This document shows, piece by piece, positions 26,601 through 35,289 of a stretch of DNA of 64,000 nt. The notes under the pieces are model-generated. The model saw nothing but the letters and a program-made list of their open reading frames with translations, made no database searches and was not told the DNA's origin. The DNA comes from a virus. Its lineage: Duplodnaviria; Caudoviricetes. The stretch's first letter is position 1, and each line of letters begins with the position of its first letter. A program made the translations under genes and the position numbers. The stretch covers positions 1-64,000 of the IMG/VR virus record IMGVR_UViG_3300014205_000206. One strand, 5' to 3'.

Positions 26601-27358
26601 TATGCAGCGGCGAGCCCTTGAAGTCTAGCGACTTCGGCTTGAATGCTGGCCACGAATGCATCGGTCTTCTGCTTCGCGAGATCCATCGCCGCGTTGTCGG
26701 CTAGGGCTGCGGCGTGGGCGGCTTCGAATGCAGCCGACTTCTGCCTTATAGACTTTTCTGCGGCTGAAATGGCGGCGGTCAAATCCCAATGCTTAGCGGC
26801 GTCGGCAGCTACAGCTTGTCCTTCTTGGCTTTGCAGGGTTCTGCCAGCTTCAAGAAGCGCGTTCTTGACGAACATCTTCTTATTGTAGGCATCTACGGCA
26901 CCTTCACCACCTTGATAGGCGGCATATAGACCCTTAAGCGCCTGAACCTCTTGATACAAAGCTACTGCTGACTGGTCCTGAACCGTTCTCTTTGCGATCT
27001 TCGCAGACAAGGCGGAACGCTCAGCAGCTTCCTGTGCCCTGAGCGCCTGTTCGCTTGCTTTTACTGCCGCTACTAGAGCGATGTTTTGGCGAACCGATTC
27101 GGCAAGCTCTTTGCCTAGTTTGTTCTTAGTATCTAGGTTGTGCCTTTCGAGCGCATCCAAAACCGCCATTTCGGTGTTGTACTTATCGACTGCGGCTCTT
27201 CCGACTGCATAAGCGGAGTTTAGATTACCAAGGCTTACGTTGATTTTCTTGATCGCTTCTGTGGCCTCGGCTGCCCCACCAGCGACAGCCTTGGCCCCCG
27301 AGACGGCACCAGAAGGATCGATGTTTACCTTGAGGGTAATCTCTTTGGCTGCTGCCAT
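20669..27358 (-). CDS. tape measure protein (about 2230 aa)
   Basis: Very long helical Ala-rich ORF; [26 protein letters not shown] motif; follows the tail chaperones. Confidence 0.95.
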   Translation of the reverse strand: [2229 protein letters not shown]

Positions 27359-27735
27359 CACTTACCCCCTTCGGGAATCTTAGGAAGCTTAGCTGAAAGC
27401 TTCTTGTTTAGATGCTCAAGCTCTGTGTAGTCAAGCCGCGTGCAATACAACTTTGCTTCGTGCCATAGGTGACTTGGCATTCCACACTGGTCGAAGTACG
27501 TCCTCATCATCGTGACCGGGATTGGCGCGTAGCCTGACATCCCGATTGGACGACACGATCTTAGGTCCCTGAACAAGTCCATCGCCCATGCCAAATGATA
27601 CGGAACTGTTGGCGCGTCGTCCAGCACCGGAACCGGCATGCCGTCCTCGTACAACTTTAGCAACTGCGTACGTTGCTTGTCGTCGAATTTGGCATGCCAG
27701 TCCAGTTCCCATAGCAGGGCTTCTGTCAGTTTCCC
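27358..27735 (-). CDS. tail assembly chaperone, -1 frame (GT-like) extension
   Basis: Open -1 frame GKLTEALLWELDWHAKF... continuing into the 27358-27663 ORF. Confidence 0.8.
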   Translation of the reverse strand, partial: GKLTEALLWELDWHAKFDDKQRTQLLKLYEDGMPVPVLDDAPTVPYHLAWAMDLFRDLRSCRPIGMSGYAPIPVTMMRTYFDQCGMPSHLWHEAKLYCTRLDYTELEHLNKKLSAKLPKIPEGGK

Positions 27736-28160
27736 GCGTTGTCCTCGATCTGTTCGCGATGGAAGTTCTCGCGCTCGGAAGAGAACTCTAGCAGCGCATT
27801 CCCAAGGCCACGGACGGCCTTCAGAACGGTGACGAAGTTCACCTCAGTGAACTCGCTGTAGGCGGGGTCGATGTTGTCCCAGTCGAGAATCAGCGTTCCG
27901 TACATCGCCTTGAACCCGATCTCTTCGGACATCTCGGGCGGCAACTTCTTGACGTAGTTCTGGCGACCGTCCTTCTTCTTCAGGTCCGGACGCGACTGGC
28001 GGATCGAGTCTTCGAGGCGGTTCAACTTCTTGGCGAAGTCTTCGCGACCGATAAACGCGACGAGGAACTTACCACCCTCGTCATACGTGTACCACTCGCC
28101 TGAGTCTTCCTTCTCCTGCTTCGCCTTCATGTCGCTGATACTGAGGATCTTTGCGGTCAT
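27726..28160 (-). CDS. tail assembly chaperone (G-like)
   Basis: Between tail tube and tape measure genes; ends in slippery G GGA AAC TGA. Confidence 0.85.
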   Translation of the reverse strand: MTAKILSISDMKAKQEKEDSGEWYTYDEGGKFLVAFIGREDFAKKLNRLEDSIRQSRPDLKKKDGRQNYVKKLPPEMSEEIGFKAMYGTLILDWDNIDPAYSEFTEVNFVTVLKAVRGLGNALLEFSSERENFHREQIEDNAGN

Positions 28161-28202
28161 TTCATTACCTCCAAAAGAGTGCTACAAGTTAATAGGTACT
28201 GC

Positions 28203-28244
28203 AAAAAGACCGGCGGGAGAGAGAGGGGAGCCCCCTCCCGCCGG
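28203..28244 (-). terminator. intrinsic terminator after the tail tube gene
   Basis: CCGGCGGGAG...CTCCCGCCGG then TCTTTTT on the minus strand. Confidence 0.75.
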
Positions 28245-28259
28245 TTGCGTGCCGCAGGC

Positions 28260-29459
28260 TTATGTTGTGCTGATCTTGTCGATCTGGATCTGGTAGTCGT
28301 CAGCTCCCTTGTAGCAGCTAAACGGAAGCTTGCACATCGACTGGCCGGATAGAGCGCCAGCTTCAGGCGTTCCTCCGCCGTACTTGTACGCAGGCAGCGT
28401 GATGATGTAGTACACCGGGCTGGCGCCGTTACGGACGACGAACGAAAGCTCCGTCTCGGTGAAGGCAATGTACTTGTCGATGAACGTTCCGGCATTTGCG
28501 GAGAAGTAAATGTTCAACTCTCCGGTAATGTCCATGACTCCATAGGTGATGTCAGGAGGAGTCAGGTTGCCGACAGCGTCGATCATCGACAGGTTGTTCT
28601 TCGCGCTCAGCGTAAGCGAAGAGATGTACTCGGCAAACGAAGCGTTTCCTTCGTTCAAACCGATGATGTCTTCAGTGGTGTTAAAGGCATCGTTGCTATT
28701 CACAGCAGTTGGGGTTCCCGATGTTGCCGTTGCGCCAGTACGAGTGAACGACTTACCCATCCAAGAGAACGTCGCTGTAACCAGAGCCTTCGCGCTGATG
28801 TTCAGGCTCCAGTCGTTTAGACGCATACCACGGAACTGGAAGAACTGGTTCACATCGGTATGAGCCTGCTCGATGGTGAACGAACGTCCAGTGATCCCGT
28901 TACGCAGCATGCCTGCATTCTTGATGGTAACTGTTGCGCCAGCCGCTTCGACTGTCAATCCAGGAGTTGCCGAGAACAGGCCAGTAGTTACGTCTACTTT
29001 GCCATCAAAAGTCACGGTGCCGGCAACAACAGCCGAAACGCGGAACAAGTGGTTGTTGGCGGCTGCTACGAATCCTCCGACTTTGACCCACATTCCCGCT
29101 TGGACGCCATCTACGATGAGCTGGCTTCCGGAGTCAGTGATCGTGGTAGCTGTTGCGGCATAGGTTGTTCCGGAAATAGCAACTGCGGTTGACCATGTTC
29201 CGCAAAGCGCGGCTTCCATGAGGTCATCGAATTGACCATAGGCCAGTTCGAATTCCATGGACCCCTCGGCATGCTGACCGGTACGGTAGAAACCCTGAAC
29301 CATTCGGTCAGAGCGAACCGCCTTCGAAGTCACGGTGTCGGTCTTGCCGTCCAGTGATCCGCCGGTACGGGCCAGTTCAACCCAGGTTGATGTTCCCGGA
29401 GTTGTTCCGAATGTAACTTCCTCGATGTAGCGCCATGCGACGCTATTGCTTGCAGACAT
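28260..29459 (-). CDS. major tail tube protein
   Basis: EEVTFGTTP...SKAVRSDR...EGSMEFEL...ITGELNIYF pattern; position. Confidence 0.85.
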   Translation of the reverse strand: MSASNSVAWRYIEEVTFGTTPGTSTWVELARTGGSLDGKTDTVTSKAVRSDRMVQGFYRTGQHAEGSMEFELAYGQFDDLMEAALCGTWSTAVAISGTTYAATATTITDSGSQLIVDGVQAGMWVKVGGFVAAANNHLFRVSAVVAGTVTFDGKVDVTTGLFSATPGLTVEAAGATVTIKNAGMLRNGITGRSFTIEQAHTDVNQFFQFRGMRLNDWSLNISAKALVTATFSWMGKSFTRTGATATSGTPTAVNSNDAFNTTEDIIGLNEGNASFAEYISSLTLSAKNNLSMIDAVGNLTPPDITYGVMDITGELNIYFSANAGTFIDKYIAFTETELSFVVRNGASPVYYIITLPAYKYGGGTPEAGALSGQSMCKLPFSCYKGADDYQIQIDKISTT

Positions 29460-29462
29460 GTT

Positions 29463-29756
29463 TTACTCCTTCGCCGGTTCGGCGTCGTTGAAATGCTTCA
29501 GCTTCTTGGATCGCTTAATCGCTTCATCGGCGGCAGGAATAGCAGTCTCCATGGTAGCTTCATCGGCGGCAGGAATAGCAGTCTTCATAGCAGCTTCAGT
29601 GCGCACTTCTGCTAGGGTAGCCTTGACGGCTGTTCCTTGAGAAATGGCTTCATTGGCGACTTCTGCACGCAGGTCGGCGTACGAGCCAACTTCCACTTCG
29701 AATCCGTCTTCCCCTAGATCGTCAACCTTGAATGTTGCAGTCGCCTTAATGAGCAT
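29463..29756 (-). CDS. hypothetical protein with duplicated TAIPAADEA
   Basis: 27-bp repeat at 29521-29547 and 29557-29583. Confidence 0.55.
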   Translation of the reverse strand: MLIKATATFKVDDLGEDGFEVEVGSYADLRAEVANEAISQGTAVKATLAEVRTEAAMKTAIPAADEATMETAIPAADEAIKRSKKLKHFNDAEPAKE

Positions 29757-29803
29757 TGAATCTCCTCACTCAGTTGCGTATATAGTAACAGGTAGTTGCG
29801 ACA

Positions 29804-30220
29804 TCAGATAGTCACAACTGTTTCCCTGTAGTATGGCAGAAACACTTGCCAAGTATGGAACAAGCCGTCCGTTCCGCTGTCTCTGGCAAAACCGCGACGG
29901 TCAAACCGAACTCCGTTGCTTGTGTAGGGCGAGAAATCTTCGATCAGCAGGTCACAAAGCTGGTTACCACGCTCATCTCCACTACCGATAGGCGTGAACA
30001 CTTCAACGACAAGCGTCCCGTACTTGCGTTCTTTCTGGACGCTGGCGGCGATGCTTACCCACTCAGAAATACCATCTTCGATCCTTGGACGGATGTATTC
30101 GACACCCTCCTTTTGTATGTATGGTCCAAGGTTGAAACCTTCCCAAGAGATCTCTGTTGTCGATCCCCAGTTGGTGCTCAATCGGACGCGGATAACGTCA
30201 CGCTCTGCTTCCATTCCCAT
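29804..30220 (-). CDS. tail terminator-like protein
   Basis: Position; GTLVVEVFTPIGSG motif. Confidence 0.65.
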   Translation of the reverse strand: MGMEAERDVIRVRLSTNWGSTTEISWEGFNLGPYIQKEGVEYIRPRIEDGISEWVSIAASVQKERKYGTLVVEVFTPIGSGDERGNQLCDLLIEDFSPYTSNGVRFDRRGFARDSGTDGLFHTWQVFLPYYRETVVTI

Positions 30221-30657
30221 TACAAGAACCTCGAATAAGCGTTTTCGACAGCAGCTTCGATGAAACCGGCTTTAGTTGGGTGGCGGTCGTTAACGTGGTT
30301 GACGTAGCGGACGTTATTGACCACGTAGGAGCGAGTTCCGAATCTTGCGTTTTTCAATTCGGCTGCGATATTTCGGGCTAGACCCAAGTTCTCGCGGCCT
30401 TCTGCTCCGTGGATTCCGGCCCGGTCGCCCTTCTTGCGGGCACGTTCTTCTGGAACGAAGTCGGACGGTTCTCCTATGGACGGAACCCATCCAGCGCGAA
30501 GCATGCCGGTATCAACCGGAGTAGCCAGCAACAAGTTCCTAAGTACCTCTACGGTCAGATCGCCTTGAATCTTCTTGCACTCATCCTTGACCATGTCGTC
30601 AAACAAACCAAGTTCTTTGGTTAGAACCTTTGTATTGATCTCGTATGTTCTGTCCAT
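30220..30657 (-). CDS. HK97 gp10-like neck protein
   Basis: TPVDTGMLRAGW...NNVRY motif. Confidence 0.8.
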   Translation of the reverse strand: MDRTYEINTKVLTKELGLFDDMVKDECKKIQGDLTVEVLRNLLLATPVDTGMLRAGWVPSIGEPSDFVPEERARKKGDRAGIHGAEGRENLGLARNIAAELKNARFGTRSYVVNNVRYVNHVNDRHPTKAGFIEAAVENAYSRFL

Positions 30658-31031
30658 CACTCCACCTCAACGATGTAAATGATGTCAGAACCTTGCGTGC
30701 TGACGAAATCAACAATCGCAACACGCCGACGAGCGGTGGATGTGTCTGAGGAAGCTAGAATGACAATGTCGCCAACCTTGGGCGGAGTCGCTAGATCAAG
30801 CGAAGAAATCAGAATGCGTTCGCCGGGGACCTGTACCAGCGTGCCGTTCTTGAACTGCGCTTTTCTGCTTCCAACGCAGGCCATCAGGGCGGTGTCTGTA
30901 TTGACTGTCGTTGTCGAACCTGTAGCCACTACATTAGTAACTGTGACTTGACGATAGATGATCGCCTTGCCCTCGCCGTTGATGAGGTTTTTGGCCAGCG
31001 ACTTCATCGTAGACAACGGGATGATGGACAT
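30657..31031 (-). CDS. head-closure protein
   Basis: Position and size in the head-tail module. Confidence 0.6.
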   Translation of the reverse strand: MSIIPLSTMKSLAKNLINGEGKAIIYRQVTVTNVVATGSTTTVNTDTALMACVGSRKAQFKNGTLVQVPGERILISSLDLATPPKVGDIVILASSDTSTARRRVAIVDFVSTQGSDIIYIVEVE

Positions 31032-31033
31032 GA

Positions 31034-31534
31034 TTATCTATAAGTCGTCAAAATTCCGCTAGAAAACGGGATAGCGATTTTGTAAAGGAGCGAATCAATG
31101 TACGGGAACGTCCTACCAGCAGCGGCTCCCCTGAAGTACGAGACTTCAAGTACGTCCACCTTGGCGTAGGCTAGACCGCCACCACGCTCACGGACGGCGT
31201 TCAGTACTTCAGTTACATGCGACAAAGCAGCTTCACACTCGGCATCGATTAGGGCTTGAGGGATAGTCGTTGACGCAATGCTTCGAAGGTCAACGTCATA
31301 TGCCCCCAATCTGGGCCAAGAAAGGGCTTGTGAGTCGTCAACGATGATACCCGGCCATGAGTACCTGCTATCGATCCACGAGGTCGCATACAGCAACGCA
31401 GCCTCTTTGTTGGCTGTAGTCAAAGCTGACCAAGTAGTGTTGTTTCTGGCAGAAAAGTAAGCATCAGCATCAACTACACTAATGTATGAATTAGCGCCAG
31501 CGACGATGGCTCCGGTCTCGACTACGATTGACAT
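31034..31534 (-). CDS. head-tail adaptor (DnaT-like phage family)
   Basis: GANSYISVVDADAYF...QALSWPR...IPQALIDAECEAA motif. Confidence 0.8.
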   Translation of the reverse strand: MSIVVETGAIVAGANSYISVVDADAYFSARNNTTWSALTTANKEAALLYATSWIDSRYSWPGIIVDDSQALSWPRLGAYDVDLRSIASTTIPQALIDAECEAALSHVTEVLNAVRERGGGLAYAKVDVLEVSYFRGAAAGRTFPYIDSLLYKIAIPFSSGILTTYR

Positions 31535-31537
31535 TGC

Positions 31538-32161
31538 TTAAACGTCACCGAAGTAGTGCCAGAAAATCGTTACCGTACCGGTGACCTCGATTGTGTCGCT
31601 CGCGCTTGAGTCGGCGTCGGGAACGGCAAAGTTCAGGTAAGCGTCCTTCGCCGTTGCATGTCCGTCGAACACGGCTGGGGTGGTGGAGACACCAACGGGT
31701 GCACCAATACCAGCAGTAAGAGTTCCAGCGGTCGATGGAATGATGTCAGCTTCGGTAGAGGTAAGCGTTGCGTTGTCGGTGCCAACAGCGGCGGTACCAA
31801 CGGACTGCACAACCGCCGCTCCAGCGACGATGCCGCCGGCCCCTGCGGTCGTCGCCAGAGACATCGTGGACCCGATGATCTGGATAAGCCCAACCGGGAA
31901 GTCACAGAGCTGCACAGAACCGTGGCAGCCAGCGACCCCAGCATCGGTCATGGCGACCGAGTGCGCGGCGATGGTGAAGACGCTCTTGCGTAGGATCTGG
32001 CTGCCGCTTTCAGACACAGACAACGTTGCTGTGTTGGCCGCAGGTACTTGGGCTGAGCTACCAGAGATTGTCAGCGAGTCTAGGTTGAACTCAACATCCT
32101 TCTTCCAGTTTGGCCGTTCTGTGTCCGTAACGTATCCCTGCACCTTGCGCGCCGTGGTCAT
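31538..32161 (-). CDS. putative virion structural protein
   Basis: Ala/Thr/Gly-rich beta protein in the head module. Confidence 0.6.
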   Translation of the reverse strand: MTTARKVQGYVTDTERPNWKKDVEFNLDSLTISGSSAQVPAANTATLSVSESGSQILRKSVFTIAAHSVAMTDAGVAGCHGSVQLCDFPVGLIQIIGSTMSLATTAGAGGIVAGAAVVQSVGTAAVGTDNATLTSTEADIIPSTAGTLTAGIGAPVGVSTTPAVFDGHATAKDAYLNFAVPDADSSASDTIEVTGTVTIFWHYFGDV

Positions 32162-32170
32162 CGAATCTCC

Positions 32171-32425
32171 TTACGCCTCCTTGCGGACGACGAGACGGTT
32201 TCCGTTTTTTCGAAAGTTCTTGCAATAGTTAACCCAGGATGCGCCCAACGAGTGCCAACCAAGTTTGTTGGCTACCACAACTAGCTGCGTAACAGGCCAA
32301 GCCCACAGCCGAAAGACCCACTTCCTCGCATACCACTTCGGCTCGATCACTACGTTCTCGCGGAACACCTGCTCAGCATTCTGGCGAGCAACCCTTCGAA
32401 GTTTCTTAGCTACTGTGGCCCTCAT
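32171..32425 (-). CDS. small basic hypothetical protein
   Basis: GAGG RBS; KKLRR N-terminus. Confidence 0.55.
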   Translation of the reverse strand: MRATVAKKLRRVARQNAEQVFRENVVIEPKWYARKWVFRLWAWPVTQLVVVANKLGWHSLGASWVNYCKNFRKNGNRLVVRKEA

Positions 32426-32519
32426 CTTGGCCTCGGAGGTGTACTGTTTGGGGCAGAACCGGGACGGTTAGGTCTTGGTCGTGGAGGTTGTGGAAGCGGA
32501 GGCTTTCCCTTGTAGACGA

Positions 32520-32894
32520 TCATTCAGCATTCTCCGCCTTCTCGGCCTTGTCCGCCTTAGCCTTCTGCTTCGCTGCCCACATCGCTGACACCGACGTTTG
32601 CCGAGTAGATAGTGGCTTTGCAGCGGCTTCGACTTCAGGAGTAATTGCTGGCGGACCTACTTCAACAACCACTTCCAACGGAAGCGGAATACCAGCTCCA
32701 TCAGGAATCGATGGGATCTCGACGGGTCCAGTGTTTTCCAACTCGAATTCAGCCCAAATGTACTTTCCGGTCTGGACCATTTCTCGCCCATCTACCGGAG
32801 CACAAGGATAGTGCTTTCCTGTCACTACATCGATAACTTCCGAAGGAACGCGACGGCCACCAGCAACGATACGAGTCATGTGATTCATGTCCAT
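32520..32894 (-). CDS. hypothetical head-module protein
   Basis: GGGGAG RBS; 124-aa ORF. Confidence 0.6.
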   Translation of the reverse strand: MDMNHMTRIVAGGRRVPSEVIDVVTGKHYPCAPVDGREMVQTGKYIWAEFELENTGPVEIPSIPDGAGIPLPLEVVVEVGPPAITPEVEAAAKPLSTRQTSVSAMWAAKQKAKADKAEKAENAE

Positions 32895-32993
32895 ATAAGA
32901 ACTCCCCTAAAGAAATGAGGCCGAGCGCCTCCGCTTCAATCTGTTCCTTTACAAGGCGGACAGAAGAAGCGGAGGTCGCTCGGTCCTGTGGAC

Positions 32994-33431
32994 TTAGTCG
33001 GCGCAGGCGAACGCCGAATAGTTGATTCCGGTAGCGATGGTGCCGGCAACTCGGGTGTACAGACGAGCGTAACGGTACAGAGTGCCGTTGAACTCGTTGT
33101 GTACGCACTGGACGTAGCGGCCAGTCGTGCTGTCAGCACTACCAAAAGCGGTAGTAGTGTCGCCAAGGCGAAGCACGGTTGGGACTACGATGCCAGAAGC
33201 GAACGTCGCAGAGCTAGAAAGCTGCCACTCTACGTCGTACTCTTCGTCGCCAGTCGCCACTTCGATTGCGGTCACATCGACCACAACCTTGCCTTCCCAG
33301 AATGACTGGCCAAGGTCGAGGATCTTGTCAACCGAATCTACCTGAGCTGCCGCGGATGCGGCGATAAGGCCCGCATCCTTCAGCTCCAATTCGGAGTCGA
33401 AAACAACTGCATGGTACGGAGTTGAAGACAT
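32994..33431 (-). CDS. capsid decoration/cement protein
   Basis: Directly after MCP; beta-rich; ILDLG...RYARLY pattern. Confidence 0.65.
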   Translation of the reverse strand: MSSTPYHAVVFDSELELKDAGLIAASAAAQVDSVDKILDLGQSFWEGKVVVDVTAIEVATGDEEYDVEWQLSSSATFASGIVVPTVLRLGDTTTAFGSADSTTGRYVQCVHNEFNGTLYRYARLYTRVAGTIATGINYSAFACAD

Positions 33432-33466
33432 GTGTTTTCTCCTAGTTAGCTATTCTGAGTGGATGG

Positions 33467-34390
33467 TTACGCTACGACCGCAGCGTCGGAAATACCGTAG
33501 ACGCGGGCAGCAGAACGTCCGTGGTAAAGGGCGAGTCCGGCATACCACTCAGTACGCAGGCGGAGAACCGGCTTGGTGTTTAGCTCACCAAGGTCACGAA
33601 CATCCATGTCACCGTTCTGAATGCCGCACAGACGGCCAGCACCGAACGAAACGACATAGATAGAAGTGGCTGTGGCAGTTGCACCACCAGCACCAACTTC
33701 GGTGAACGGAAGGGCTTCTGTCGAACCGTTGTTCGTGGTCAAGATAGGCAGATCGTTGTAAGTCATCACGGTCTGGCCAATCTCGTTCTTGGTGTAGTTC
33801 ACGTAACCGGTGACGCTGGTTGCGCGACCAGCCGCACTCATACGACGGCGCATGGCCTTCGACATGATGATGTGCGTCGGGCTGTCAACGGCGTCGATGG
33901 CCTGATCTAGCTTGGCCAGCGAAAGTGGATCTCCACCGTTGGTTGAACCGGCGCTGATCTTCTGGTTGCCGGTCAGGCGAACCTGAAGTCCGTCGAACTC
34001 GCGAGGATCAGAAGTATTGTCGCCCTTGATGAACTTCTGAGCCCAAGCATCAGCGATAGCCTTGATCTTCATCGAAATCTGGGCCGCACGGATGCTCGGA
34101 CCACGAGTTGCGATGAGGAACTTGTCAACGTCGATGTCTCCACCGACGATATAGATGGCATCAATCAACGGATTGATGACACCAGTCGACTCGGTGTAGG
34201 ACTCGTTGATGCCTCGGAAGGCGACACCAGGAAGAACACCTTCCTGATCGTACTTCACCGCTCCACCCGGAATGCTTTCGAATGGAAGGGCCGAGAGGAT
34301 ATCGCTCTGACGAGCGAACATCTCGATTGTGGTAGCGCGGACGACGTTCCCGCTGTACTTCTTGGATGCCTCGACAAGCGTCAAAGCCAT
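33467..34390 (-). CDS. major capsid protein (HK97 fold)
   Basis: MALTLVEASK...LPGVAFRGINESY...GGDIDVDKF...FDGLQVRL; follows the scaffold gene. Confidence 0.9.
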   Translation of the reverse strand: MALTLVEASKKYSGNVVRATTIEMFARQSDILSALPFESIPGGAVKYDQEGVLPGVAFRGINESYTESTGVINPLIDAIYIVGGDIDVDKFLIATRGPSIRAAQISMKIKAIADAWAQKFIKGDNTSDPREFDGLQVRLTGNQKISAGSTNGGDPLSLAKLDQAIDAVDSPTHIIMSKAMRRRMSAAGRATSVTGYVNYTKNEIGQTVMTYNDLPILTTNNGSTEALPFTEVGAGGATATATSIYVVSFGAGRLCGIQNGDMDVRDLGELNTKPVLRLRTEWYAGLALYHGRSAARVYGISDAAVVA

Positions 34391-34406
34391 GGCGTGTTTC
34401 TCCTAG

Positions 34407-35171
34407 TTACTGTGTCGCCCTCGTAGCGGCGAGGCCGCGTGATAGTCGCTCTTCGAGCGAGAGCGAAAGGTCAGCGTCGCCGCTAGCAACGACTCCCTCA
34501 CCGCCAACGGCTGATCCGCCGGTAGCGTTACTCGCTCGTCTCCACTGCTTATAATTCGGGTCCCCAGCAACAAGAATGCTTAGTGCTTCTTCGAAATCTG
34601 CCACCTTGCTGGGATCGGACTTGCTGTAGACTTTTTCCTTCTTCGTGCTCGGATCTCTGTAGGCTACTACGGCTTCTCCTTCAACTTCGAAGTGACGACC
34701 GAATTTAGCTTCAGCAAGGTCTGGAGTCAGGTACGTATCGGCAATGGCCTTGGCGGACATGAAACGGCTAGATACCAAAACGGTTCGGAGCTTCGTTTCA
34801 AGTTCGTGGGTCTTAGCTTCAAGCGTCTTCTTCTCCTGCTCGGCTGCGTCTGTGTACGGCTTCAGTCGCTTGGTGACTTCCTCTTCGAGTTTAGCAATAT
34901 CCAACTCCTTCGTGGATGACTGCTTTCCTGCCTGCTTGATCTTCTCAAGCGCAAGATCCCACTCGTCTTCGTTGGCACCGAACTTCTTGACCACCTTCTC
35001 CAGCTCCTTCACTCGGTCGTGAGCTGCATCGCGCTCAACACGAGTTGCGCCAACTGAAGCGAATAGCTTCGGCGCATCGTAGCTGACTTCTTGGTCGTCA
35101 TCGGTAATCCACACTGGTAGTCCGTTCTCCAAGACAACGTGACCGTCACCGTCAAGCTTAATCTTCGCCAT
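34407..35171 (-). CDS. capsid scaffolding protein
   Basis: KLDGDGHVV...GLPVW N-terminus; coiled coil; between portal and MCP. Confidence 0.8.
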   Translation of the reverse strand: MAKIKLDGDGHVVLENGLPVWITDDDQEVSYDAPKLFASVGATRVERDAAHDRVKELEKVVKKFGANEDEWDLALEKIKQAGKQSSTKELDIAKLEEEVTKRLKPYTDAAEQEKKTLEAKTHELETKLRTVLVSSRFMSAKAIADTYLTPDLAEAKFGRHFEVEGEAVVAYRDPSTKKEKVYSKSDPSKVADFEEALSILVAGDPNYKQWRRASNATGGSAVGGEGVVASGDADLSLSLEERLSRGLAATRATQ

Positions 35172-35261
35172 CGTCAACCCTCTCTTCGGCATCGCGCCGG
35201 GTGGCATCGCGCCACACTTGTTGTTGTTTTATGAAGTACATCGCGCACTTCATATATGCAA

Positions 35262-35289
35262 ATTGTACGCTGTCTTGCGTTTACGTCAA
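35262..35289 (-). promoter_or_regulatory. putative promoter for scaffold/capsid genes
   Basis: TTGACG-16 nt-TACAAT on the minus strand. Confidence 0.5.
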
